Assembly (NCBI GenBank): GCA_028818705.1
Contig: JAPPNJ010000194.1
Span: 10,909-74,908 of the forward strand
Reading direction: 5' to 3'
Origin: Candidatus Poribacteria bacterium
GTDB lineage: Bacteria > Poribacteria > WGA-4E > WGA-3G
DNA length: 64,000 nucleotides
Shown here piece after piece: positions 35,768 to 44,987 of this stretch; the first letter of the stretch is position 1; each line of letters begins with the position of its first letter. The notes beneath the pieces were generated by a model. The model searched no databases. It worked only from the letters and a program-made list of their open reading frames with translations, and was not told where the DNA came from. The position numbers and the translations under genes are program-made.

Positions 35768-36346
35768 ATGGATCTACAACAGATTAATGTTAAGGTTTTT
35801 ACAACCGAAGAGAGCGAAATCAACTACACCAACTTCATCAAGGTCTTCAACCGCTGGATGGAGGAAGCTGATTCAGACGATTACTTGAACTACGCCGACT
35901 ATTCGCATGTCGATGCAGGACCGGGCGTCCTACTGATTTTGAAGCAAGCCAACTACAGCATTGATAATGCTTACCATCAACATGGATTCCTCTACAATCG
36001 GAAGCATGCAGTCGAAGGGGATAACGCCGACAAGATCCGCCAGGCATTCGCAGAAGTGCTCTCTAAATGCGAGCTGCTTGAAGCAGCAGCAGAATTAGAA
36101 AATGCTGTCCATTTTAATGGCGCAGACCTTCTGTTTATGATAAACAACCGGCACGTCGCACCGAATACACCGGAAATCGCAGCTTCCATTCAAGCAGAGC
36201 TCGCACCTGTCCTTGAACAGATGTATGGTGGAGACGACTTCACGGTGGAGCGCACCTCCGAAGATCCACGCGAACGCTTTGCGTTACGGATCTCAGCAAG
36301 TTCAGACAAACCGATTTCAGAACTTCTCGCCAATCTGGGAGACTAA
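35768..36346 (+). CDS. Hypothetical acidic protein (192 aa) co-transcribed with moeB
   Basis: ATG is at 35768. Its stop lies 5 nt before the moeB ATG. No family recognised. Confidence 0.5.
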   Translation: MDLQQINVKVFTTEESEINYTNFIKVFNRWMEEADSDDYLNYADYSHVDAGPGVLLILKQANYSIDNAYHQHGFLYNRKHAVEGDNADKIRQAFAEVLSKCELLEAAAELENAVHFNGADLLFMINNRHVAPNTPEIAASIQAELAPVLEQMYGGDDFTVERTSEDPRERFALRISASSDKPISELLANLGD

Positions 36347-36351
36347 GATAC

Positions 36352-37158
36352 ATGTTTAATTTCAACAACGAGCAGATTGAACGTTACAGCCGACATATCA
36401 TCCTCAAAGAGGTCGGCGGGATGGGTCAGACACGGCTGCTCGAATCGAAAGTACTACTTATTGGTGCGGGTGGACTCGGTTCTCCTGTTGGGGTCTACCT
36501 TGCTGCTGCTGGCGTTGGCACACTTGGTATCATAGATGATGATGTAGTTGACCTCAGCAACTTGCAACGCCAAATTTTGCACGGCACCAGCGACATCGGC
36601 ATCCCGAAGACGAAGTCTGCAGAAGCCACGATCACAGAAATGAACCCCGATGTCAAAGTGATCCCTTACAACGAACGTATCACCTCGGAAAACGCCTTCC
36701 AAATTCTGGAACAATACGATCTAATTGTGGACGGATGCGACAATTTACCGACACGTTACCTCCTCAACGACGCATCCGTTATGTTAGGTAAACCGATCGT
36801 GCATGGAAGCATCTTTCAGTTTGAAGGACAGGTCACTGTACTTTATCCGGGTAAGGGACCCTGTTACCGATGTCTCTATCCTGAGCCACCGCCACCGGGA
36901 ATGGTGCCGAGCTGTCAAGAAGCCGGTGTCTTTGGTGTGTTACCCGGTATTATTGGAACGATTCAAGCCGTTGAAGCGATTAAAATCCTGTTGGATATCG
37001 GCGAGCCGTTGATCGGAAGTCTTCTGCTTTTCAACGCGCTAACGATGGATTTCAAGCGGTTAAAACTCCGTCAAGATGAGGGTTGTCCGATGTGCGGTGA
37101 AAATCCCACGATCCACGAATTAATTGATTACGAGGAATTCTGCCAGGTGCGGTGGTAG
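36352..37158 (+). CDS. moeB: MoeB/ThiF-family adenylyltransferase (E1-like)
   Basis: The recognisable blocks are RYSRHIIL, VLLIGAGGLGSPVGVYLAAAGVG, DDDVVDLSNLQRQ and two Zn CxxC pairs (CYRC, CPMC). Confidence 0.85.
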   Translation: MFNFNNEQIERYSRHIILKEVGGMGQTRLLESKVLLIGAGGLGSPVGVYLAAAGVGTLGIIDDDVVDLSNLQRQILHGTSDIGIPKTKSAEATITEMNPDVKVIPYNERITSENAFQILEQYDLIVDGCDNLPTRYLLNDASVMLGKPIVHGSIFQFEGQVTVLYPGKGPCYRCLYPEPPPPGMVPSCQEAGVFGVLPGIIGTIQAVEAIKILLDIGEPLIGSLLLFNALTMDFKRLKLRQDEGCPMCGENPTIHELIDYEEFCQVRW

Positions 37159-37432
37159 GTACCGGGGCATTTCCAAAAGACGCAGCCAATAGAGGAGGGG
37201 CAGTGCAGTTAGATTTTAGTTTTCTTCTTCGCAGCCTCTTCACTTTTTTTTCGGCGCGATTTGCTACTATCTCGTGGTGGTATACAGAGAACTTGAGGCT
37301 GTCAAAAAACGTTTGGAGGAGATTGAAATACATCTTGAGCAAACTAATGAAGCAACAACCGAATTAGGGGCGCGTCTTCTCCCAACAGTCTCATGTTTCC
37401 TACCTTCTAAGTTATTGCAAAAGTAAGTTTAT

Positions 37433-39565
37433 TCATTTCCGAATCAGCATCCGCCGAGTTGCCACAAATTCACCTGCCGTTAACGCATAAAAATAAATAC
37501 CGCTCGACACAGACTCACCGAGTGCATTCTTACCATCCCAATATGCGGCGCGACTGCGATTCACATAATTCCCCGCATTCTGATGTCCTAAATCTAACTT
37601 TCTGACCACCTGTCCGTCCGCAGCATAAATGGTAATTGCAACGTTCGCGGGCAGCCCAAGTTGATAAGGTATCCATGTCTCTGGATTGAAAGGATTTGGG
37701 TAGTTTTCCAAAAGCAGCGTTTTTGTAGGAACCACAGGACCAAATAACAAGTTAAACACGGCAATGCCTCTATTCACAACCGTATTGGGCAGAACAGCAT
37801 AAGCCTTCTGCCAGTCTTCGCTGTTCAAAATGGATCGGTGAGCGTTTGGTAGTGGTGGAGCTCCGTCGATTGGTGGCATACCTTGTGTAATTAGAATAAT
37901 ATCCTTAATATCGACAATACCGTCCCTATTGACATCCGGGTTCGGGTGCGGATTACCGGCAATCTTTTCGCCGTATCTGGATGCGACAATTACCAGATCG
38001 ACTATATTCACAAATCCATCGTTGTTGACATCTGTATAGTTGTTGAATTCGGTAATAAGAGGTTTGCGATGCAACAAATGTGCATTTGCGATAATAAAAT
38101 GATCACACCCATTACCATCACCAGCATCGGTTACATTAATAATGAGTGTTCTGGTACCCGCCGGAATATCGAATGAGATATTTATATTTTTTGCTTGAGC
38201 ACCTCTCAATACACCAGAATTATAGATCTCCGCACCGTCAGCGAGACATATAAATTCAACAGAGGCGATACTTCCGCATGGATTCGGCATGTAGAAAAAA
38301 GCATCAAATTTGGCATAGTCCCTACCTTCCAGATCGTAAACAATACGGCTTACAGCATGGGCATAAGACCAGTAGTCCCATTGGTGATCTAATAAGTGCT
38401 TATACCCCGCACGTATAGGATCCATAAAACCGTTTGGTTTTCTTGGCATCAGACCATCAGGTGTTTTTTCCCACGTTAGACGTTCCTGCCAACCCGCCCA
38501 TTCTGTAGACGGATTTGTCGGAATTAGCGCATCGGGACTATCATAAGTTAACGTTAGATACGTTTCTGTTCTGTCTGTGTTAATTGTTTTTGTTTCGGTT
38601 GTTTTCGTTGCACTGAGAGTCCAACTTTTTCCTGATACATTTCCATTCTGGTCAACAACACGGATATAGACGTTATTAACTGGGGCTATCGTTGCCCCGG
38701 TTGGCATATCAAATTTAACTGTTGTGTTTTGTATATTGTTAAAATTTTGGCAACTCATTAAACTTGTTGCTTCACCGGGAATAGAAAGTAAAAATTGAAC
38801 TTGATGAATACTATTCGCATCGCTAACACTGAACCGGAGCGTCCAGTTTTCTTCATTGGCCGGGTAAGTCAATGGCGTTAGCATTTGAATCGTAGCCAAT
38901 GCGTTTGCAATGTTACCGGCATTTCCGCCCTGGTTGAAAAATGGGTTGACATTCAACATTGATGCTGCACATGCTGATAATTGTTCTCGTGCGGCACCAT
39001 AAGACATTATATATGCATCATCACGGAAATCGTGTTCCAGGTTTAAAGCGTGCCCAAGCTCATGTGCTATCAAATCCACACCGTGGTCCCCTTGAACACA
39101 ATCGCCAGTCGCAGGAACCATCATGGGTCCGCCATCAAAGGGTGCTATACCGCAGTTCCCCTGAATCCGCTCTGTGCTGACATCTACAATAACGATATAG
39201 ATATCTTTCTCTATATCATATTGATCATCAATTTCATCAGTAATTTTGCTGAGTGTATCTGTGTGGTAATACGCGTCATTAAAATTTCCAGTAACAGGAT
39301 ACACAATTAACTTTCCACCAGCGTCGTTTTCAAGGTTAAAAGTTTTTCTGCTGTATCCATGTGCTTCCATCTGCTCCGCGTAAAAGCGTTGTACCGCTTT
39401 TATCTGTGTATCGAGTGCAGCTGGTATATTCCATTGGAACGGACGATCACGTGGTACAAAGTATACAACTTTCACCATTCGATTTGCTGCTGCAGTAGGC
39501 ATATTTACGACAGTGAAAGTAAGTCCGTAAAGCAAGATGATGAAAATTAGATCAGTCTTTTTCAT
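37433..39565 (-). CDS. Secreted multidomain metzincin-like zinc protease with an NPCBM-like module, dockerin-type repeats and a T9SS-type C-terminal sorting domain
   Basis: It has a signal peptide and the zinc motif HELGHALNLEHD. An NPCBM-like block (ASVEFICLADG...NVTDAGDGNGCDH) and dockerin repeats (DVNNDGFVNIVDL, DVNRDGIVDIKDI) follow. The tail is LLENYPNPFNPETWIPYQL...SGIYFYALTAGEFVATRRMLIRK. Confidence 0.75.
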   Translation of the reverse strand: MKKTDLIFIILLYGLTFTVVNMPTAAANRMVKVVYFVPRDRPFQWNIPAALDTQIKAVQRFYAEQMEAHGYSRKTFNLENDAGGKLIVYPVTGNFNDAYYHTDTLSKITDEIDDQYDIEKDIYIVIVDVSTERIQGNCGIAPFDGGPMMVPATGDCVQGDHGVDLIAHELGHALNLEHDFRDDAYIMSYGAAREQLSACAASMLNVNPFFNQGGNAGNIANALATIQMLTPLTYPANEENWTLRFSVSDANSIHQVQFLLSIPGEATSLMSCQNFNNIQNTTVKFDMPTGATIAPVNNVYIRVVDQNGNVSGKSWTLSATKTTETKTINTDRTETYLTLTYDSPDALIPTNPSTEWAGWQERLTWEKTPDGLMPRKPNGFMDPIRAGYKHLLDHQWDYWSYAHAVSRIVYDLEGRDYAKFDAFFYMPNPCGSIASVEFICLADGAEIYNSGVLRGAQAKNINISFDIPAGTRTLIINVTDAGDGNGCDHFIIANAHLLHRKPLITEFNNYTDVNNDGFVNIVDLVIVASRYGEKIAGNPHPNPDVNRDGIVDIKDIILITQGMPPIDGAPPLPNAHRSILNSEDWQKAYAVLPNTVVNRGIAVFNLLFGPVVPTKTLLLENYPNPFNPETWIPYQLGLPANVAITIYAADGQVVRKLDLGHQNAGNYVNRSRAAYWDGKNALGESVSSGIYFYALTAGEFVATRRMLIRK

Positions 39566-39637
39566 ACCTTAGATCTCCGAAACCTGAAATCACAACTATG
39601 GTGAATTCTAAAAATAAGTTTACACTTCAGGAGTTCT

Positions 39638-39663
39638 TGTAGGAGGGATTTCCTAATCCCGAC
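39638..39663 (+). repeat. Dispersed ~25-nt repeat TGTAGGAGGGATTTCCTAATCCCGAC
   Basis: A second copy lies in reverse orientation at 62838-62861 (GTAGGAGGGCTTCCGAATCCCGAC after reverse-complementing). Confidence 0.7.
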
Positions 39664-39738
39664 TTCTTCTATCTCCCATCTGTGAGGTAAAAATAATTCT
39701 AATATCTACTATAAATACCATTCGTTAGGCAATATCCT

Positions 39739-40917
39739 CTAATGGATTATTTGGCTGAGACTAAGAAGTCGATATTTCGTTTTAGTTATTTCACTTGTAG
39801 TTTTGCTTCTTTCAGTGACTTCTTGAATTTCTGCAGTGTATTCTCGGTTCAATGTTGCGTTTCTCACAGTTTTCAAGGCTTCATAGGCAATGTGTCCTTT
39901 ATAGGTTTTTTTCCGAGTTTTTATTTCAAATGTTTTAGGTCTTAAAAAGGCACCTATTAAAGTACCAGTGATAGTGAATGTTGATAAATTTTCTTCATGA
40001 GATTTTTCAAGAATTTCGATCGCCTCTCGCATTTTGAAGGCGGATAAATATGCTGTTCCACCTTGATTTGGGTTTGGTGATACCCATTCAAATTCGGTGT
40101 CCGTTACAGAGCCATTGAGTGATTTGAGGAAATCAATATAATTTTTTGCCACCTTTGATTTTGGTGCCAGAAGTTCTTTAAGTTGTTCATAATTATCTCC
40201 TGCTTTAAGAAGCTTAAGGAATTCTTCGATTGCTTTCCCACAATAAGAATAGCCCTGAAGATCAAGTTGAGTGATTTCTGTAGAGGCAACTTGAATGACG
40301 AATGATCCCGTACCAACATCTGATAGCGACATCTGCATTTTACGCTTTACATCTTTTATACGCTCTGACTTAAGGAAGGTCATTCCAATTGTATCAATTA
40401 CACCTTGGAGTTTTCCGAGAATATTGCTTAGGATGGCTATAGGTGCTTGAGTTTTAGGACCTTCGGCAAAGTTGAGAGTTAGGTTCAGAATTTCTTGATT
40501 TTCGGATTTTGGTATTTTTTCTACATTGCTGGGCACTGGGAGTATTTCGGTTTCAAAATCAAGACATTCACCGGACACTGGAAGCATATCCTCAGGTATC
40601 TGGCTTGAGTAAGTAAAATCTGTTTGAACTGAAGTTTCTTCCTCGTATGGAACCCTTACTTGAATTGCATGCGGATTTTCAGAATTGACGAAGGCATCAT
40701 GGAGGTCAATTTTGCCAGATCGGATGAGGTTAAGTCGTTCAATAGAGACTGCAACACAGAGCCAAGTTAGAAATTGGTCATCTTCAGCAGCAGCCACAAC
40801 AAGGTAAAAATGCCCTGAGGCGTTTTTGCAGGAGTAAAGAACAGGTTGGTCATAGTATTCGTATACTTCTACAATCTCGAGTTTGCCTAGCTCTGGAATG
40901 TTGAGTATGTCAAGCAT
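39739..40917 (-). CDS. Hypothetical protein (392 aa), large component of an orphan two-gene cassette
   Basis: It is AT-rich. GGGGG lies 7 nt upstream of the ATG. No catalytic motif was recognised. Confidence 0.6.
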   Translation of the reverse strand: MLDILNIPELGKLEIVEVYEYYDQPVLYSCKNASGHFYLVVAAAEDDQFLTWLCVAVSIERLNLIRSGKIDLHDAFVNSENPHAIQVRVPYEEETSVQTDFTYSSQIPEDMLPVSGECLDFETEILPVPSNVEKIPKSENQEILNLTLNFAEGPKTQAPIAILSNILGKLQGVIDTIGMTFLKSERIKDVKRKMQMSLSDVGTGSFVIQVASTEITQLDLQGYSYCGKAIEEFLKLLKAGDNYEQLKELLAPKSKVAKNYIDFLKSLNGSVTDTEFEWVSPNPNQGGTAYLSAFKMREAIEILEKSHEENLSTFTITGTLIGAFLRPKTFEIKTRKKTYKGHIAYEALKTVRNATLNREYTAEIQEVTERSKTTSEITKTKYRLLSLSQIIH

Positions 40918-40950
40918 CTTATACCCCCTTTCTGTATTACCTTCTGCTTT

Positions 40951-41361
40951 CTATTCACTGATTACCGTAAAAACAAGCCAAGGTTCTGTTTCAATGGGTA
41001 TCCACCATGTATGATGAGATTTTTCAAATGATGGTGTATGTTGAATCACACCAAGCGTCGGATTGAGTTCACCTTTGGCTGTTTTCCTGTTTCTTAAGTG
41101 CCCTATTCTGTTCTTGAGTCGCTCAAAGAGTCGAGGAATATCTTTCGGATCAGTATAAACGGAGAGTCCACTAATTCTGATATTTGGTTCTGGAAATCTA
41201 CCCGGGAATTCTTCCCAAGTAGATAGGAAATCTTTTGCTTGTGGTGGATTGTGCTTTACAAGTCGGTAAACTGTTCCAGAAGCCGGTTTAGCTTCCGCAG
41301 GAGGACAATTTTCTGAATAAAAATCTGGCCATTGCAACTCGGTATTCCTTCCATTTCGCAT
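40951..41361 (-). CDS. Hypothetical protein (136 aa), small component of an orphan two-gene cassette
   Basis: It is AT-rich and sits 33 nt upstream of the 392-aa ORF on the same strand. No family recognised. Confidence 0.55.
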   Translation of the reverse strand: MRNGRNTELQWPDFYSENCPPAEAKPASGTVYRLVKHNPPQAKDFLSTWEEFPGRFPEPNIRISGLSVYTDPKDIPRLFERLKNRIGHLRNRKTAKGELNPTLGVIQHTPSFEKSHHTWWIPIETEPWLVFTVISE

Positions 41362-41485
41362 GCTATTGATTACCGAGTGCCGCGTTTTGTATTTTTAACA
41401 CTACGGATATTATAACATACACACATAAATTAAGTAAATATATTTGTAAGTGCTGAAAAACGTGCTTACTCTATAAATTAATTAT

Positions 41486-41514
41486 AGGATACACTGTTGT
41501 TTGGAACAAGTCAA
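41486..41514 (-). promoter_or_regulatory. Possible promoter of the two-gene cassette (TTGACT, 17-nt spacer, TATCCT with an upstream TG)
   Basis: The reverse complement of 41486-41514 reads TTGACT-TGTTCCAAACAACAGTG-TATCCT. Confidence 0.3.
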
Positions 41515-41591
41515 CTCTTTTCTATAACCTCGAAAATCTGTGAATTCTGGCTCAGATGATATTTTCACAACGCTCAAACTGCTCACCAGAC

Positions 41592-42929
41592 TTATACTTT
41601 CTCATCACAATAGGTTATCGCAGATTTCATGAGTTGCAATGCGGCGTGAATCTGAGGGAGTTCCTCAAATCCATAGGATATACGGAACTGTCGTTTTCCA
41701 ACCTCAACCATCTCACCTCTTGGATGCACGCAGTATTCACCGGGAATATAAATCACTTTCGGATGTTGAGCGTGTGAAGGGCCATCAACATTTTCTTGTC
41801 CAGTCGTTCGCGTCAAAAACCTGAAGAAATCGGAGGTCGAATTGGTTGAGGTTTGCTTCAACGTCAAATAGTAGTAGAATCCGGCACTTCCACCTCGGCA
41901 TTCTTGAATATTGTTACCCAATAATTCCGTTATCCAGCTTTTAACCGCTTCTGCCTTCTGGTGGTATCCCTTGTTAACCTTCTCTATTTGCGTTTCAATA
42001 CCGTGGTCGAGTAGGTAACTTGCAATTTCCTGATTGATTAGCGGCGCGCTAAAGCCGATGTCGCTTGTGCGTTGGACTATGCTGTTTAGGAAGGGTCCCT
42101 TGGGTCCGATGAGATAACCGATACGTAGTCCAGGAGCGAGAATTTTTGACAACGTGCCAATTTCGTATACAATACCGAGTTCATCATAGCATTGCGCGGA
42201 TTCCAAAGCTTCAACGGTGCTGTCATGCACGAGATCGCTATAGGCGTTGTCGAAAAAGATTGGGATTTTCCGTCCGGCTTTGTACGAGAGTTGCGTAACA
42301 ACATCGACGAGTTCTTTCTTACGGTTATTGGACAGAATGGCGCAGGTTGGGTTGTTAACCGTCACGACGTAAAAGAAACGGATAGCGTCTTGTTCGTCCC
42401 CGAGTGCTGCGAGTCTTGCCTTAAGAACTTCGGCGTCAAGTCCTTGGTCATCTTCGGGTATTGCTATAACGGTGAAGCCTTTCCGCTCCAAGTCGTTGCA
42501 GTAGATATAGTACATCGGGTCTGCAGTAAACATAATGCCAGCGGGAAGGACGTGCGTGATGCTCTCTAACAGACTCGTTGCCCCGTTTGCCCCGATAACG
42601 ATGTCTCGGTTGTCCAAAATCTGTGCAGTTATACCACCGATCCGGTTTTCGATATGGAACCTTCTGAGGGACGCAATCAGGTTTGGAGAACCCTGCGCGC
42701 CGCCGTAATTGAGAGAAGCGCGATATTTTTCGGGGTGGGCAAGAACTTTTTCGCAAGCAAGTTGGATCTGTTGACGAGGAATTGTCTGTTCATTAACATA
42801 TCCTACGCCGAGATTAACATCACGTCCGTCTCGAAAACCGACAGCAAAATCGGTCATCAGTCGATTAACTGGTGACGGAACGCTTGATGCTTTTCCATAC
42901 GCAGAAAGCAGAACATCGCGAATCTTCAT
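41592..42929 (-). CDS. PLP-dependent aminotransferase, class I/II fold
   Basis: The recognisable blocks are NLGVGYV, YGGAQGSP, FFDNAYSDL and the PLP-lysine context GTLSKILAPGLRIGY. Confidence 0.8.
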   Translation of the reverse strand: MKIRDVLLSAYGKASSVPSPVNRLMTDFAVGFRDGRDVNLGVGYVNEQTIPRQQIQLACEKVLAHPEKYRASLNYGGAQGSPNLIASLRRFHIENRIGGITAQILDNRDIVIGANGATSLLESITHVLPAGIMFTADPMYYIYCNDLERKGFTVIAIPEDDQGLDAEVLKARLAALGDEQDAIRFFYVVTVNNPTCAILSNNRKKELVDVVTQLSYKAGRKIPIFFDNAYSDLVHDSTVEALESAQCYDELGIVYEIGTLSKILAPGLRIGYLIGPKGPFLNSIVQRTSDIGFSAPLINQEIASYLLDHGIETQIEKVNKGYHQKAEAVKSWITELLGNNIQECRGGSAGFYYYLTLKQTSTNSTSDFFRFLTRTTGQENVDGPSHAQHPKVIYIPGEYCVHPRGEMVEVGKRQFRISYGFEELPQIHAALQLMKSAITYCDEKV

Positions 42930-42955
42930 ATTTGTCGTGTGTTGAGGTTGTCTAC

Positions 42956-43864
42956 TTATAGCAGGGCGTTGAGAGCAGACTCAAGCGTCCGATAGTAAAA
43001 TTCGTAACCGCTTGCTTCGGTTCTCTCTGGGATAACATTTTGGCTCAGCACAATGAAATCCGCAAATTCACCCATCATTAGTTTTAACCCGAAAACAGGG
43101 ACTGGAAAGAGTGTGGGGCGTCTTAGTACTGCGCCGAGTGTTTTCGTGAATTCTGTGTTCCTAACTGGGGTGGGAGCGGTTGCGTTCAGTGCCCCATAAA
43201 TTTGAGTGCTGTCCAGAGCGTGCAGCACAATACCGACGACGTCGTCAATATGGATCCAAGACATCCACTGCTTGCCATTGCCGAGTATACCGCCGACTCC
43301 CATCTTGAAAGGTGGTAGTACCTGTTGCAAGAGACCACCACCTAACCCAAGCACGAGTCCGATTCGAACCATGACAACCCGTATACCAAGTTCACTCGCT
43401 TTTTGGGCTTCTGTTTCCCATTCTTCGCAGACTTCAGCGAGGAAATCCGTACCGGCAGGAGATACCTCTGTAAGACTTTCGCTGTCGTTACCACCGTAAT
43501 ATCCGATTGCTGACGCACAGACAAGCGTATCAGGCTTAGTATCCATATCGGCAAGAGAAGCGACGAGGTTTCGTGTGGAGAGAATCCGACTGTCTCGTAT
43601 TTTTCGTTTTTTTTCAGCATTCCATCTACCGGCAATGGTTTCGCCTGCGAGATGAATGACTGCATTTATATTTGATGTAGCTTCTGTGGGCAGTTTTTCG
43701 GTTTCTGGGTTCCAACCGTAGACTGCTTTTGATGCGTTTAATTTATTTTCGGCACGTGCCGGATTGCGAGATAGGACGTAAGTCGTATCACCTTTTTGGT
43801 GGAGAGCATCACAGACTCGACTTCCAATAAAGCCAGTACCGCCGGTGACCAATACATTTGCCAT
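42956..43864 (-). CDS. TIGR01777/YfcH-type epimerase-family SDR protein
   Basis: ATG 43864 follows GGAGG. The N-terminus is VLVTGGTGFIGS, and the C-terminal region resembles DUF1731. Confidence 0.8.
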   Translation of the reverse strand: MANVLVTGGTGFIGSRVCDALHQKGDTTYVLSRNPARAENKLNASKAVYGWNPETEKLPTEATSNINAVIHLAGETIAGRWNAEKKRKIRDSRILSTRNLVASLADMDTKPDTLVCASAIGYYGGNDSESLTEVSPAGTDFLAEVCEEWETEAQKASELGIRVVMVRIGLVLGLGGGLLQQVLPPFKMGVGGILGNGKQWMSWIHIDDVVGIVLHALDSTQIYGALNATAPTPVRNTEFTKTLGAVLRRPTLFPVPVFGLKLMMGEFADFIVLSQNVIPERTEASGYEFYYRTLESALNALL

Positions 43865-43884
43865 TTTTTCCTCCACGATGTCTC

Positions 43885-44616
43885 TTATTTTGAAAGTTCA
43901 GCGATAACAGTTTCCAGTTGCCGATAGTCGCCAACAACAGCATCGCTAAGTGTATCATTTGTTTCTGTTTTATTAAACCCTGTGAAGCGAATTGCCTTCA
44001 TGCCGGCGTTTTTCGCGCCAACAATATCTGTTCGGAAAATGTCGCCGATATGCACTGATTCTTCTGGTGTGGCATTCAGTTGTGCTAAGGTTGAATGGAA
44101 CTGAGGCACTTGAGGTTTTGTATACTCGGTTTCATCCGAGAACGTGAATGCCGTAAAAAATTGTAGGATACCGTGTTGGTCCATTAGTTGCCGTGCGAAA
44201 CTTCCAGGTGTTAGTGCTGAGTCTGAGATAATTCCGAGCGGATAGTTTTCGCTCAATCGCGAAACGACAGGTTTGACGTTTGCGATCATAATTGGCGGTG
44301 CTTCTAAGAAAGCAGCACCGAGGCAGGCAACTAAATGATCCAAATCAGTCTCTTCGAGCTGAATCTGCAGTGCTTCTGCGAACCGCATCATGCATCGCTT
44401 TACAGATATTCCTCGGTGTTGATGCCATAAGGTGTTTACTAAGCTGTATGCCTCTTCAAGCCCGAAACCTACTTCATCTAACCTGCAAGCGTAACCACGG
44501 CTCTTTAAGTAAGTGTGGTACTTTTTCGTGCGTATTGCTTGACGTTTGCGCCAGTTTTCTTCAGAGTCAGCATAAAGGGTCTGCCAAAAATCGAAAGTAA
44601 TCGCTTTGAGCATCAA
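43885..44616 (-). CDS. HAD-superfamily hydrolase (subfamily IA-like)
   Basis: Motif I-like is ITFDFWQTL, motif II is IISDS, and motif III/IV is K..(x)..GDIFRTDIVGAKNAG. Confidence 0.7.
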   Translation of the reverse strand: MMLKAITFDFWQTLYADSEENWRKRQAIRTKKYHTYLKSRGYACRLDEVGFGLEEAYSLVNTLWHQHRGISVKRCMMRFAEALQIQLEETDLDHLVACLGAAFLEAPPIMIANVKPVVSRLSENYPLGIISDSALTPGSFARQLMDQHGILQFFTAFTFSDETEYTKPQVPQFHSTLAQLNATPEESVHIGDIFRTDIVGAKNAGMKAIRFTGFNKTETNDTLSDAVVGDYRQLETVIAELSK

Positions 44617-44987
44617 GTATTCCTTTAGGTTGTGTTTTTCTCAAACTCACTTTATATCCGGAACAGTGTACAGTAATGCATCCGCGTCTGTCGGTAGTGA
44701 TTTCTTTAGACACGACGGCAAATATAGGCACTGGATCCTGTAATCTTAAAATTCTATCTTACGATATTTATTGAAAAAAGTCAATTGATATGTTGTTTTG
44801 TTGGAACAAAATGGTGTAAATAGAAACGACACCAGCAGGTGACAGAACGCCTTTTAAATAGAAATTGTGGAAGAGAATTTTGATCCAAGAACGCGCGAAA
44901 ATCGAAATAGGCTTGCAATTTCCTCTCAAAGATGATACCATTAATATGTAGATGTATTGCATCCGATGTATGCGGAGGAATACTATA

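Noticed and set aside
37152-37367. Small overlapping ORFs after moeB (37152..37367 plus strand, 37052..37342 minus strand)
   Set aside because: They have no RBS or motif and sit in the convergent terminator region between moeB and the metzincin gene.
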